From Pirellulales bacterium (GTDB lineage Bacteria; Planctomycetota; Planctomycetia; Pirellulales; JAICIG01): DNA of 64,000 bases. A program made the translations under genes and the position numbers. The first letter of the stretch is position 1. Each line of letters begins with the position of its first letter. This document shows positions 16,119 to 26,670 of the stretch, one piece after another. The notes under the pieces were generated by a model. It was not told the DNA's origin, searched no databases, and was given only the letters and a program-made list of their open reading frames with translations. The DNA lies in contig DATFDL010000776.1 of NCBI GenBank assembly GCA_035252155.1, forward strand, positions 1,392 to 65,391. The letters are read 5' to 3'.

Positions 16119-17366
16119 ATGGTTGCCTCAAAACCCCTCACCAAAGATAACGTCGGCGCCGCCTTGAACCGCGCCTTGGATGCCGCTCAGGGCCTGCTGC
16201 GGCTCACGCCCACCTGGGTGCCGCGCAGCTTTCTGCATCCGGGCAAACGCATCAAGCTCGCCCCCGGCGATTGGTATGCCTTTGGCGCGCACCGCGGCGG
16301 CATCGACGAACGCTGGTTCGCCAGCACCACCGAGGCCGCCAACGAAAACCGCACGCCCGACGAAGGCCTGAGCTACGTGGCCTTCGAGGGCCAGCGGTTT
16401 ACCCTCCGCGACGCCGTGGCCGAGGCCGGCCCGCGCCTGATCGGCAAGGCCATGCACGAGCAATACAAGCGCTGGCCGGTCTACTCGAAGTTTTTCGACA
16501 ACATGGGGCCGATCCCGCACCACATGCACCAGCGGTTCGAAGACGCCAAGCTGGTCGGCCAGGAAGGCAAGCCTGAAAGCTATTATTTTCCGCCGCAACT
16601 GAACAACGTCGACAACAACTTCGCCTACACCTTCATGGGCCTCGAGCCGGGCACGACCAAAGAGCAGGTCCGCCAGTGCCTGGCCGACTGGCACAAAGGC
16701 GACAACGGCATTCTCGATCTTTCGCGAGCGTACCGGCTGAAGCGAGGCACCGGCTGGCTGATCCCGCCCGGCGTGCTGCACGCGCCCGGTTCGCTCTGCA
16801 CCTATGAGCCGCAATGGGGCAGCGATGTGTTCGGCATGTTTCAATCGCTGGTCGAGGGTCGCGAAGTGCCTTGGTCGCTGTTGGTCAAAGACATGCCGAA
16901 GGAAAAACACCGCGATCTCGACTTTATCGTCGGCCAGCTCGATTGGGAAAAAAACGTCGACACGCATTTCAAAGAGCACAACTACCTGGAGCCGATCGTC
17001 GACGCCAGTTGCTCGGGCAGCGGCGCCACCGACCGCTGGATCGTCTATGGCACGGTCGACGGCCGACAGCTCTTCAGCGCCAAAGAGTTAACTCTCGAGC
17101 CCGGCGCCAAGTACACGCTGAAAGACGCCGGCGCCAGCGGCTGGATTACCGTGCAAGGCCGCGGACGGATGGGTAAGCTGAATCTCCAGACGCCCGCCAT
17201 GATTCACTTTGGCGAAGAGACCGAAGACGAAGTTTTTATCGCGCACGAAGCGGCCACCGCGGGCGTGGAGGTCGAAAACACCGGCAGCGAGCCGCTAGTC
17301 GGCCTGCGTTACTTTGGCCCCGACGTGCATCGCAGCCTGCCGAAGGTGGGCGATTACCGCAAATAA
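16119..17366 (+). CDS. Cupin-type sugar isomerase-like protein (possibly class I mannose-6-phosphate isomerase-like)
   Basis: 415 aa with His-rich PIPHHMHQRF and WLIPPGVLHAPGS, consistent with a metal-binding cupin. The family assignment is from recall only. Confidence 0.35.
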   Translation: MVASKPLTKDNVGAALNRALDAAQGLLRLTPTWVPRSFLHPGKRIKLAPGDWYAFGAHRGGIDERWFASTTEAANENRTPDEGLSYVAFEGQRFTLRDAVAEAGPRLIGKAMHEQYKRWPVYSKFFDNMGPIPHHMHQRFEDAKLVGQEGKPESYYFPPQLNNVDNNFAYTFMGLEPGTTKEQVRQCLADWHKGDNGILDLSRAYRLKRGTGWLIPPGVLHAPGSLCTYEPQWGSDVFGMFQSLVEGREVPWSLLVKDMPKEKHRDLDFIVGQLDWEKNVDTHFKEHNYLEPIVDASCSGSGATDRWIVYGTVDGRQLFSAKELTLEPGAKYTLKDAGASGWITVQGRGRMGKLNLQTPAMIHFGEETEDEVFIAHEAATAGVEVENTGSEPLVGLRYFGPDVHRSLPKVGDYRK

Positions 17367-17392
17367 TTCCCACTCAGCGCGTAGCTGACTTC

Positions 17393-18169
17393 GTGAGAAG
17401 TCAGGCAGCCCCCGCCATGACAAACGCAGCCGGTACGAGCGAAAAGCGAATCCAGATTGTATCGGTCGAGCGCGAGGATTATGAGAAGATCGCTGCCGCC
17501 TTCCAGGGGTTCGATCTCGTTTATCGCCGGCGCATTGACGAGTTGGAAGTACCAGCCGTCATGCACGGCGTCTCTTGGCAGCAGTATGAAGCTTTACTCG
17601 ACGCACTGCCCGAGCGCTATCTACGTCAAGCTTATTATCGAGGCACATTAGAGCTGCGCGATAAGACCATGTGGCAGCAGCACACCAAGTGCCTCATCGA
17701 TCAGTTCATTGGGGCGGCGGCACTTGAATTTGAAATCCGCATAGCCTCTCTCGGGTCGACGACCCGCACCAAGCAAGCGCTGGAGTGCGGCATTGAGCCC
17801 GACGAATCATATTACTTCGCTCAGGCGCACGCGGTGCCTTGGGGTCGCGACATCGGTCCAGAGGATGGACCGCCGCCGGATTTGGTCGTCGAAACCGATT
17901 TTGACCATGCCGAGTTGGACCGGCTCATCGTGCTTCGGCTGCTGGAAGTGCCCGAGGTTTGGAAATACGATGGAACCCGGTTGACGTTCCACCGGTTAGC
18001 TGCGAACAAGCAATACGAGTTGTGTGACCGAAGTTTGTGGTTTCCGTTTCTCGGGCCGGAAGACATTCAGCCATTTTTAGAAGACTTGAGCACCACCGAC
18101 GACAATGCTCTCACGCGAGCTTTCTTGAAGCACGCCAAAACGCGCCACCGACAGGCATCGCGAAATTAA
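17393..18169 (+). CDS. Uma2-family (DUF820) putative endonuclease
   Basis: IEPDESYYF...PPPDLVVETDF...VPEVWKYD pattern typical of Uma2. The start may instead be the ATG at 17417 rather than the GTG at 17393. Confidence 0.65.
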   Translation: MRSQAAPAMTNAAGTSEKRIQIVSVEREDYEKIAAAFQGFDLVYRRRIDELEVPAVMHGVSWQQYEALLDALPERYLRQAYYRGTLELRDKTMWQQHTKCLIDQFIGAAALEFEIRIASLGSTTRTKQALECGIEPDESYYFAQAHAVPWGRDIGPEDGPPPDLVVETDFDHAELDRLIVLRLLEVPEVWKYDGTRLTFHRLAANKQYELCDRSLWFPFLGPEDIQPFLEDLSTTDDNALTRAFLKHAKTRHRQASRN

Positions 18170-18205
18170 CGACTCGCACCGTCATCGCACCGGCCGGTAG
18201 GCCGT

Positions 18206-18237
18206 CCTGAACCCTGAACCCTGAACCCTGAACCCTT
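18206..18237. repeat. Single C-rich arm (CTGAACC)x4 of the GGGTTCA family
   Basis: CCTGAACCCTGAACCCTGAACCCTGAACCCTT ends 2 nt before the ATG at 18240. Confidence 0.8.
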
Positions 18238-18239
18238 TG

Positions 18240-19289
<1,050 letters not shown>

Positions 19290-19303
19290 AGGTCGTTCCC
19301 GCC

Positions 19304-20104
19304 TCACGGCACCTGCGCCATCGTCTCGCGAATGGCTTGGGCCTGGGTCACGATGGCCAACCCGAGTTGCTTGCGGAATTCACCGCTTTCATAGGTAAAT
19401 TCAAACCGCTGGTTGAAGAAGTGCTGCCCCTGCACGAGGCCCAGAATCTTCAAGCTGGCGCTCTCGCCGGTTTCGCGCTTCCAATAGACCGGTCCGCCGC
19501 TGTCGCCCTCAAAGGTGTTGTAGTCGACCAAAAAGGTCGGCTCTTTTTCCAACGGCAGCAAGGGATAGCTGGCGATGCATCCCAAGCGCACTACAGGAAA
19601 CGACGCCTGGTTCGGTTCGAACACCGTGGCGTGCGGAAAGCCGACGCAGCGAACCAGGTCGCCTGGCTCGACGCCGCGCAGGTCATCGGCTGTGGCCAGC
19701 AGGTCGGCGGTCAGCCGTGGCAGCTCGATGCCGGCGGGCGGCTCGATCGGCATGGCGGCCACGTCTTGCTTGGCATGGCGCTGCCACAGCGGCTTTCCTT
19801 CGCTGCGGATTTTCAACGGGGCGGGCGCCTTGGCAAATTCGCCCTCGCCGGTTTTCCGACGATAGTTGACCGTCATCTCGTCGCCGTCCGACATCTCCAG
19901 CACGTGGGCGGCCGTGATCAGAATATATTGGGGCGTTGCTTCGTCGCCGGCCCGCGGACGCGATAGCACAAATCCCGTGGCCGTCGATTTGAGGTTCGAC
20001 AATCGGACAGTGGCCATCACTAGATCGGTCTGTGGCCCAGCCGTTTGGCCGCGCGCCGGTGATATCGGCAGTAGGCAGAGGGCGACGCAGAGCAGGGTTC
20101 GCAT
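19304..20104 (-). CDS. Secreted trypsin-like (S1) serine protease
   Basis: Signal peptide, ILITAAHVLE (catalytic His context) and FEGDSGGPVYW (catalytic Ser context). Confidence 0.7.
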   Translation of the reverse strand: MRTLLCVALCLLPISPARGQTAGPQTDLVMATVRLSNLKSTATGFVLSRPRAGDEATPQYILITAAHVLEMSDGDEMTVNYRRKTGEGEFAKAPAPLKIRSEGKPLWQRHAKQDVAAMPIEPPAGIELPRLTADLLATADDLRGVEPGDLVRCVGFPHATVFEPNQASFPVVRLGCIASYPLLPLEKEPTFLVDYNTFEGDSGGPVYWKRETGESASLKILGLVQGQHFFNQRFEFTYESGEFRKQLGLAIVTQAQAIRETMAQVP

Positions 20105-20268
20105 AGGTCACGAGTTGGAAGTTGGAAGTTTGAAGTTTTCAGAGCTGAAAAAGCCATTGTAACTCGCTTCATAGCCTGCCGCGAACCGGTTGCCAACCGC
20201 CGCGACGGATGGATAATCAGTCGGGGCGATTTGCCAGCAACGCGATCTCTATACGGCTCGCAATACCG

Positions 20269-21549
20269 ATGAAAAGCAGTTTCTCGTCCACGTTTCCGCG
20301 CGTGTTCCTTGTTACGTTCGCCTTATTTGCCGGAATGATTGCCACGGCATGCGGGGCCGACTGGCCCGCCTTCCGTGGGCCGGCAGGCACCGGCGTCGCC
20401 GATGAGACCGACGTGCCGCTGCACTGGTCGAGCGAAGAAAACGTCAAGTGGAAATCTCCGTTGCCAGGGCCGGGCGATTCCAGCCCGGTCGTCTCTGGCA
20501 CGCGGGTGTTTGTCACCTGCGCCACCGAGTCGGGCAAGCGGCGCGGACTTTATTGTTTCGACCGGAAGAACGGCGAGCAGCTTTGGTCGCAGATCGTCGA
20601 GTTCGACGGCGAGGAACCGACGCACGAGACCAACCCCTATTGCGGTTCTTCGCCCGCCGCCGATGGCCGGCGAGTAGTCGTCTGGCATGGCTCGGCCGGG
20701 CTGCACTGCTACGACTACGACGGCCGGCCGCTCTGGTCGCGCGATCTGGGCAGCTTTCGCCATATCTGGGGCCACGGCTCCTCGCCGGTCTTTTACGGCG
20801 ATCGAATTCTGCTCAATTGCGGGCCGGGCAAGCGCACCTTCATCACCGCCATCGACGCCGCCAACGGCCAGACGATTTGGCAAACCGATGAGCCGGGCGG
20901 CGATGACGGCCAGGATCGTCCCGGCCAAAAGCCCGTCTGGGTCGGCTCGTGGAGCACGCCGGTCGTCACGCAAGTCGACGGCCGCGACCAGATCATCGTC
21001 AGCCTGCCGCATCGCGTGCAAGCCTACAACCCTGACAAAGGCCAGATCATCTGGAGCTGCGGCGGCCTGGGCGATCTGGTTTACACGTCGGTCGTGGTGG
21101 GCGACGGAGTTGGCGCGGCGCTGGGCGGCTTCTATGGCCCGGCGATCGGCTTCAAGCTCGGCGGATCGGGCGACATGACCGAGCAAAACCGGCTCTGGCG
21201 ACTCGCCGACAAAAACCCGCAGCGGATCGGTTCGGGCGTGATCTTAAAGGGCTATCTCTATCTGATCGACGAACCGGGGCAAATGGAGTGCATCGACATA
21301 AAGACGGGCCAAGCCACTTGGAAAGGGCGGCTGGGCGCTGACAAAGTTTGGGCCTCGATTGTCGCCGCTGCCGACCGGCTATACGTCACCAGCCAGGCCG
21401 GCACCACCTATGTCGTTGGCGCCAATCCCGAGCAGTTCGAGCTGGTGGCAAAAAACGAACTGGGCGAGCCCAGCAATTCGACAATCGCCATTTCCGACGG
21501 CCAGATCTTTCTGCGCACCTTCGATAGCCTGGTCTGCGTCGAGCAATAA
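20269..21549 (+). CDS. Secreted PQQ-like beta-propeller repeat protein
   Basis: MKSSFSSTFPRVFLVTFALFAGMIATACG signal, then DWPAFRGPAGTGVADE plus blades. Start trimmed to ATG 20269. Confidence 0.8.
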   Translation: MKSSFSSTFPRVFLVTFALFAGMIATACGADWPAFRGPAGTGVADETDVPLHWSSEENVKWKSPLPGPGDSSPVVSGTRVFVTCATESGKRRGLYCFDRKNGEQLWSQIVEFDGEEPTHETNPYCGSSPAADGRRVVVWHGSAGLHCYDYDGRPLWSRDLGSFRHIWGHGSSPVFYGDRILLNCGPGKRTFITAIDAANGQTIWQTDEPGGDDGQDRPGQKPVWVGSWSTPVVTQVDGRDQIIVSLPHRVQAYNPDKGQIIWSCGGLGDLVYTSVVVGDGVGAALGGFYGPAIGFKLGGSGDMTEQNRLWRLADKNPQRIGSGVILKGYLYLIDEPGQMECIDIKTGQATWKGRLGADKVWASIVAAADRLYVTSQAGTTYVVGANPEQFELVAKNELGEPSNSTIAISDGQIFLRTFDSLVCVEQ

Positions 21550-21561
21550 AGGTGGGCCAAT

Positions 21562-21582
21562 GTCGCCTTTCGCTCCGCGAAG
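21562..21582. repeat. REP-like unit, class D singlet
   Basis: GTCGCCTTTCGCTCCGCGAAG, with a 20-nt exact match to 913 and 45451. Confidence 0.7.
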
Positions 21583-21633
21583 GGGTGCGCTCGGCCAGGC
21601 GGTTTATACTTCACGCGGGCGTGAATCCAGTAA

Positions 21634-21708
21634 TGTGGAACAGCCGCCCTCGGCTGTCTCGCGGTCGCCTTTAGCGACCACCTCACAGCCGGGGGTGGCT
21701 GTACCACA
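21634..21708. repeat. REPIN-like doublet with GTGG heads (class G)
   Basis: TGTGGAACAGCCGCCCTCGGCTGTCTCGCGGTCGCC-TTTA-GCGACCACCTCACAGCCGGGGGTGGCTGTACCACA, between convergent genes. Confidence 0.75.
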
Positions 21709-21748
21709 TCGGCGGCGGATGTCGCATCGTGGCGGTGTGGAGTAAAGC

Positions 21749-23293
21749 CTACTCATCCAAGTCCACCGACTCGCCGCCGGCACGAGTAAACAGGGCCCGC
21801 AATGTCGCCAGGTCGATGTCGTTGGGCAAAAACCGCGTCGTGCCGTCGGCAAACAATACCGAAAAGCCCCCCAGCCGAGCGTTGGCCAGGCCGCGCAACG
21901 GTTGGCTGGCGTCGTAATCCAAGTCGGTGGGCTGGGTCCAGACGACCTCGTGTTCTGCGTCCGCCTCAACCACCATAATGGTCGTGCTCGTGAAATCCCG
22001 AAAATCGCGAACGCTGGTTGGCGTCGCGGCCGATAGGGCCGTGCCTTCGCCAATCGCCGCCAGAAAGGGAGTTCGGCCATCACGGGCGGAAACCGCACCC
22101 GGCCGCAGATATACTTCGGGCATCTGCTTAATCAACGCCGAGTTATGCTCGCTGTCCCACGGCTCGTTCCGATGAAACTGTTGAGCAAGGTGTTCCTCGC
22201 CGAGCAGCGGCAATAAGGCGACGCGCCAACTTAAAAGTGGCTTGCCGTCTTCGCTGTAACTAGCCGCTTGCGGAAACATTCCTTTGCGGTCCAAAAGGGT
22301 TTGCAGCGCCAGACCGAGCGTCAACAACTTCTGGCGCGACGCCCCGCGGTGCGCCGCGGCGCGCGAAAGCGCCAACGGGAATCGCAACGCCGCACCGAGG
22401 GCGGCAAGCCCCCGATTTTGATCGCTGAGCTGCAAAATCAGTCGATCGCCGTCGACCGTCGGTGTGAGCAAGCCCGACGGATTATCGATGCTGGGCATGG
22501 CGCCGATCACATCGGGATGGAGGCAGGCACGTTGCACGAATTCGGACCACACGCCGCGAAGTGCGACCGCCGCGCGGTCGTCGGCCGACTGAATGACCAG
22601 CCGCAGAGTGAGCTTCTCCGGATCCAAACTCGACGCGGCCCAGCGGCATCCCGACGTTATCGCCTGGGTCGATCCACCGCCGATTTCGCTCGGCAACCGC
22701 GGCAACATGGCCGAGAAGACCTGACGTTGATCTTCACTGGGCGTGAAGCAGACCCCCATGGCGCCATTCTCGACCGCGGATAAAGCGGTGCCGACTTCCG
22801 GCCGTGCCACAGGCCGAGCCCGCCTCACCCGGTCGACGGTTTCCTGATCGCCGCCAAGGATGACCTCATCCGAACGTTCGGCCGCCATGCCTTGATCGCG
22901 TAGGTACTGAATGATCGGTTCGGCCGCGCGTTCGTTTTCGGCGGGGATCACCAAAAGCGGTGAGCCATCGGGGATGTCGGCCAGACTGACCAGCAAGTAG
23001 ACGTTGCGGGCGCCGGCGCGCACGAGTGCCGCCATCGCCAGCCGGAACTCATTGGTGCCCTCCCTCGCATCGGGGCGCACCTGTTCGAGCCAGCCGGCGA
23101 CTTTGGTGAGATAGTCTTCTCCGACCGTGGCCGGCAGGGCGATGGAAACTACCAGGCAAGTTTGCTCGTCGAAGAATGGCTCTAATTGGCGTACAGTATC
23201 TCTGCCAGGGCCATTTTCGGCTGCGGCGACGCTGCAACTCAGCATTGCCAATAACGCGCAGGTGATTTCAGCCAAAAGCGTTCGGGGGTTCAT
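21749..23293 (-). CDS. Secreted protein with C-terminal DUF1559-like module and no pilin-like N-terminus
   Basis: C-terminal third reads LLSWRVALLPLLGEEHLAQQFHRNEPWDSEHNSALIKQMP ... FADGTTRFLPNDID (DUF1559 pattern). The N-terminus has a Sec-type signal MNPRTLLAEITCALLAMLSCSVAAA followed by about 330 aa of unassigned sequence. Confidence 0.55.
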   Translation of the reverse strand: MNPRTLLAEITCALLAMLSCSVAAAENGPGRDTVRQLEPFFDEQTCLVVSIALPATVGEDYLTKVAGWLEQVRPDAREGTNEFRLAMAALVRAGARNVYLLVSLADIPDGSPLLVIPAENERAAEPIIQYLRDQGMAAERSDEVILGGDQETVDRVRRARPVARPEVGTALSAVENGAMGVCFTPSEDQRQVFSAMLPRLPSEIGGGSTQAITSGCRWAASSLDPEKLTLRLVIQSADDRAAVALRGVWSEFVQRACLHPDVIGAMPSIDNPSGLLTPTVDGDRLILQLSDQNRGLAALGAALRFPLALSRAAAHRGASRQKLLTLGLALQTLLDRKGMFPQAASYSEDGKPLLSWRVALLPLLGEEHLAQQFHRNEPWDSEHNSALIKQMPEVYLRPGAVSARDGRTPFLAAIGEGTALSAATPTSVRDFRDFTSTTIMVVEADAEHEVVWTQPTDLDYDASQPLRGLANARLGGFSVLFADGTTRFLPNDIDLATLRALFTRAGGESVDLDE

Positions 23294-23310
23294 GGCTGTT
23301 TTTTCCCAAG

Positions 23311-24765
23311 TCAACGGGTTTCCTTCGCGAAGCGAAGTTCGTACCTGCGCCGCCACTCATGCTCCGGTTCGGTACGTGGCGGCGGCGTCTCAAGGATCGC
23401 GCAGTCCTCCTGGCGCTTGTAGATAAATGGGCCGCCCGTCACCGGGTCCGTCGGAATCGGCAGATCGTTCAGCTCTTCGAGCCGATCCGGCAATTCGCCG
23501 CCGTGGAACGCGCCATAAGCGCGAATCGCCTCAATAATTCGCAGCAGCGCAATCGCGCGGTCATGGAAGGCCCCTCCAAACTGCGCCGTGTCCACGGCCG
23601 GGAGGAGCACCATCGCCACCGGTATGATCGGACGCAAGCCGAGATCGGCCGACTCGCGCCAGTCGGCCGGAACTTCGTGGTAGGGCAAACAGAGTCGCTT
23701 GAACGCGCGGTCACGTTCGATCTTATAGATGCTCACGGTGTGGAAGAGCAGAATCTGGGAGACCGGCATGTTTTGCACCCGTTCGGCTAAAAACCCGCGT
23801 CCGATCAGAAATGCTTTCGCACGAGGCAATTCCTTGACTGCGAGTAACGCCAGCGGTAGACGCTCTTCCCAGTTGTCCGGGTGGTCGACTACCTGGGCGA
23901 CGAACGCGAGCAACCGGTCGAGGACATCATCCCAATACTTAGCGGAATGCGAGTCGCTCTCGAGGTTTTTCAACTCCGGAAAGCTCCAGTAAAGCGATTC
24001 GCCTTCGGTGTCGATGGTCTGCCGGAGGTCGATCAGCGGGCGTGGCAACGCGGTGAGCGCCCAATAAAGATTAGGTGAACCCGGCTGAGTCGGCCAGTCG
24101 ATCAGCACTCGCTCCATATTACCGCTGATGGCGTTGCCCACCAGCGCATGCATGAGCGTCGAACCCAGCGATACGTGGCGTGCCAACGCAAATCCAGTCT
24201 GGAACGTGCGCAGGGCGTCGTCGAACCGGTGCTCGCTGATCTGTACTTGCGCTTCGAGCGCCAACAACTGTCCGAAATTCCTCGCTGGCATCACCTCGGG
24301 CAACGAGGTGGACAGATAATCGCGTTCGCCCAAAGGAAGTTCCCAGTCGCACGTCCTGCGGCGAGCCGCCATGTGAAGATCATCGAGCAAGTCGCGCGAT
24401 GACTTGAGAAAGGCGCGAACGTCATCGATGGGCAATTCGGCCAGCGGCAGCGCCAGCCAATCGCTCATACGCTGGCCGACTTCCCGCCGGTCGGCGCCCT
24501 TGCCTGGATACTCGATCGCGAGCTTGTTGTACAACACGGCGGCATTGCCCGGCCGAAGATCGAGAGCGGGAGGCAACAAGCGATACGTGAGCGCCGCTTC
24601 AGGCTCCGCGGCGGGCTGGAGCAGCAATTGCAGCGGCGCTGCTTCTTCTTCGCTTTGGCTGACGGCGGGCAACGCCGCGACGGCCGCCATCGCACAACAA
24701 CCGGCGCAAACGTAACGGAGAAGGCGCATGCGTTGCCTTTTGGTCATCGATCTCGTTGTGGTCAT
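23311..24765 (-). CDS. Hypothetical secreted protein
   Basis: 484-aa ORF with a signal-like MRLLRYVCAGCCAMAAVAALPAVSQS. No motif recognised. The start is ambiguous (24765, 24744 or 24729). It lies 17 nt upstream of the DUF1559-like gene. Confidence 0.45.
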   Translation of the reverse strand: MTTTRSMTKRQRMRLLRYVCAGCCAMAAVAALPAVSQSEEEAAPLQLLLQPAAEPEAALTYRLLPPALDLRPGNAAVLYNKLAIEYPGKGADRREVGQRMSDWLALPLAELPIDDVRAFLKSSRDLLDDLHMAARRRTCDWELPLGERDYLSTSLPEVMPARNFGQLLALEAQVQISEHRFDDALRTFQTGFALARHVSLGSTLMHALVGNAISGNMERVLIDWPTQPGSPNLYWALTALPRPLIDLRQTIDTEGESLYWSFPELKNLESDSHSAKYWDDVLDRLLAFVAQVVDHPDNWEERLPLALLAVKELPRAKAFLIGRGFLAERVQNMPVSQILLFHTVSIYKIERDRAFKRLCLPYHEVPADWRESADLGLRPIIPVAMVLLPAVDTAQFGGAFHDRAIALLRIIEAIRAYGAFHGGELPDRLEELNDLPIPTDPVTGGPFIYKRQEDCAILETPPPRTEPEHEWRRRYELRFAKETR

Positions 24766-24909
24766 CGAAAATTATCGCAGCGCCGACGTGACACAGCAAT
24801 CGGACGAAAGTACGGGATCGCTTCAAGGCCGCCCCAGTGGCTCGTCGCGGGTTGACGCTCAATGGCCGGAAGTGTACATTTCAGCAGTTACCGCTCACGG
24901 AGGTTTTCG

Positions 24910-25884
24910 ATGCTGGATGCGCAAGCCGCACGCGATTCGACGCACGATGCGCCCGCGCAATTCCACGTTGCTCCGCGGACATTGCTCGTCCCACCGGAGC
25001 CGCTGCCGGTGTTTTGGTTCGGACAGACGACGCTTTTCCAGAACGATTGCCTCGATTGGTTACAACACCGCGAAGAGCGATCGATTCACGCGGTCGTCAC
25101 CGACCCGCCGTATGGCTTGGTCGAATACAGCCGCAACGAGCAGTCGAAGTTGCGCGGCGGGCGTGGCGGCGTGTGGCGCATTCCCCCTTCGTTTGATGGC
25201 TGCAAGCGATCGCCGCTGCCGCGGTTCACTACGCTGACCGCCAGCGATTTGCGAGGTCTCGTCGATTTTTTCGCAACGTGGGGAAGGCGGCTGCGGCGCG
25301 TGCTTGTGCCCGGCGCTCACGTGTTCGTCGCTTCGAATCCTCTGGTGTCGTATGCGGTCGCCAAGGCCCTGGTGGAAATTGGGCTGGAGCGCCGGGGCGA
25401 AATCATCCGGCTCGTGATGACGCTCCGCGGCGGCGATCGGCCGAAGAACGCCCATCAAGAATTCGCCGACGTGACGGTGATGCCCCGCTCGATGTGGGAG
25501 CCGTGGCTGTTGTTTCGCGAGCCGCTCGAGGGCCGCGTGCAAGACAATCTCAGACGGTGGAAGACCGGCGCTCTGCGGCGTCCTTCGGCACATCAGCCCT
25601 TCGGCGACGTGATTGAATCGAGTCCTACGCAAAAGCGCGAGCGCAAGCTGGCGCCGCACCCCAGCCTCAAGCCGCAAGCGTTTCTTCGCAAGATCGTTCG
25701 TGCGGCGCTGCCCTTAGGTGACGGCGTCGTGCTCGATCCATTTTCGGGCGCTGGCTCGACCCTGGCCGCCTGCGAACACGTGGGCTATGCGAGCGTGGGA
25801 GTGGAACTCGATGAGCGATACGCCCAGATGGCCAAGACGGCGATCCCCCAATTGGCCGCATATCAAGTCGGAGCCAAGCGATAA
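24910..25884 (+). CDS. Beta-class DNA methyltransferase (N6-adenine or N4-cytosine), type II R-M
   Basis: SIHAVVTDPPYGL (motif IV) precedes VLDPFSGAGSTLAA (motif I). The ATG at 24910 has GGAGG 6 nt upstream; the track ORF starts at 24862. Confidence 0.85.
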   Translation: MLDAQAARDSTHDAPAQFHVAPRTLLVPPEPLPVFWFGQTTLFQNDCLDWLQHREERSIHAVVTDPPYGLVEYSRNEQSKLRGGRGGVWRIPPSFDGCKRSPLPRFTTLTASDLRGLVDFFATWGRRLRRVLVPGAHVFVASNPLVSYAVAKALVEIGLERRGEIIRLVMTLRGGDRPKNAHQEFADVTVMPRSMWEPWLLFREPLEGRVQDNLRRWKTGALRRPSAHQPFGDVIESSPTQKRERKLAPHPSLKPQAFLRKIVRAALPLGDGVVLDPFSGAGSTLAACEHVGYASVGVELDERYAQMAKTAIPQLAAYQVGAKR

Positions 25885-26495
25885 ACCCAGTTCTCGCGGA
25901 AGCGCTCCAGCCCTGCGGCGTGCAGCGTGGCTGTGCGCGTGCCAAGCTCGCCGCGTTCATTGCGCCGGAAGTCAGCGAGCGTTACTTGACCCAAATAGAC
26001 TTCCGTAAACGTCATTGGCCGCCGGGCTGTCGCTGGTTCTGTCTCAAGATCGACGTCATAGACAAAGACACAAAGCCACTGTGCACGAGCGCCGTGCATG
26101 TCCACGGCGCCACCCGACTTTCGCGTGCTCTTGATTTCGACGCCCTCTGATCCCGATTTCACCGAATTGTTCGGATAGCGCCCTTTGACAACCAAATCAG
26201 GATGGCCGTTGAAATACTCATTGACTGTCAGCGAGCGCGAATGCTTGGCAAGGCTCGCTGTCAGCATGTCGGAGAGCAAATCCGACATGATGGCCGGCCG
26301 TAGCATGTCGTCGAGGCGCTCTAGACCCTTGCCCTCGAGCAACTGATTTACGTCGAAGAAAAAGTCGTAGACATCCTGCATTGCCAAGTGGAAGTCATGC
26401 AGCCGCAAGTTATAAGGCAATATGCCGCCTTGGTTGAAGCAGCCTTGATCGACCGTGTTTTTGACCACCGGCACTTGCGACGCCCTTGCGCACAT
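25863..26495 (-). CDS. Putative type II restriction endonuclease (PD-ExK)
   Basis: 210 aa with GHPDLVVKG...(21 aa)...GVEIKSTRK, a PD...ExK arrangement. It is convergent with the methyltransferase and their 3' ends overlap by 22 nt. GC looks lower than the surroundings by eye. Confidence 0.5.
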   Translation of the reverse strand: MCARASQVPVVKNTVDQGCFNQGGILPYNLRLHDFHLAMQDVYDFFFDVNQLLEGKGLERLDDMLRPAIMSDLLSDMLTASLAKHSRSLTVNEYFNGHPDLVVKGRYPNNSVKSGSEGVEIKSTRKSGGAVDMHGARAQWLCVFVYDVDLETEPATARRPMTFTEVYLGQVTLADFRRNERGELGTRTATLHAAGLERFRENWVYRLAPT

Positions 26496-26587
26496 GGCTT
26501 AGAAGCGCCGGATTCTGGCTTGCAGAAGTAGCACTGTCAAGCGCGCCGCCAAAGCCAGCGGTCATCGGCCCACGGCAATTCCGATAC

Positions 26588-26613
26588 GTCAGGCTGGAAA
26601 GCCTGGCCTACGG
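26588..26613. repeat. REP-like singlet (CCGTAGGCCAGGCTTTCCAGCCTGAC on minus strand)
   Basis: A GTAG head followed by the short hairpin CAGGCT-ttcc-AGCCTG. Confidence 0.5.
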
Positions 26614-26670
26614 CCTAATACCCCACCTGCACGCCCACAGTAAAACCCACGGCATTGGTTGGCTTAGCAG

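Noticed and set aside
20112-20140. AGTTGGAAGTTGGAAGTTTGAAGTT heptamer array, and the TTTGCAC-like array at 13190-13215
   Set aside because: They are short (about 3 units), AT-richer and have no inverted partner. They were noted as simple sequence only and not counted among the armed elements.
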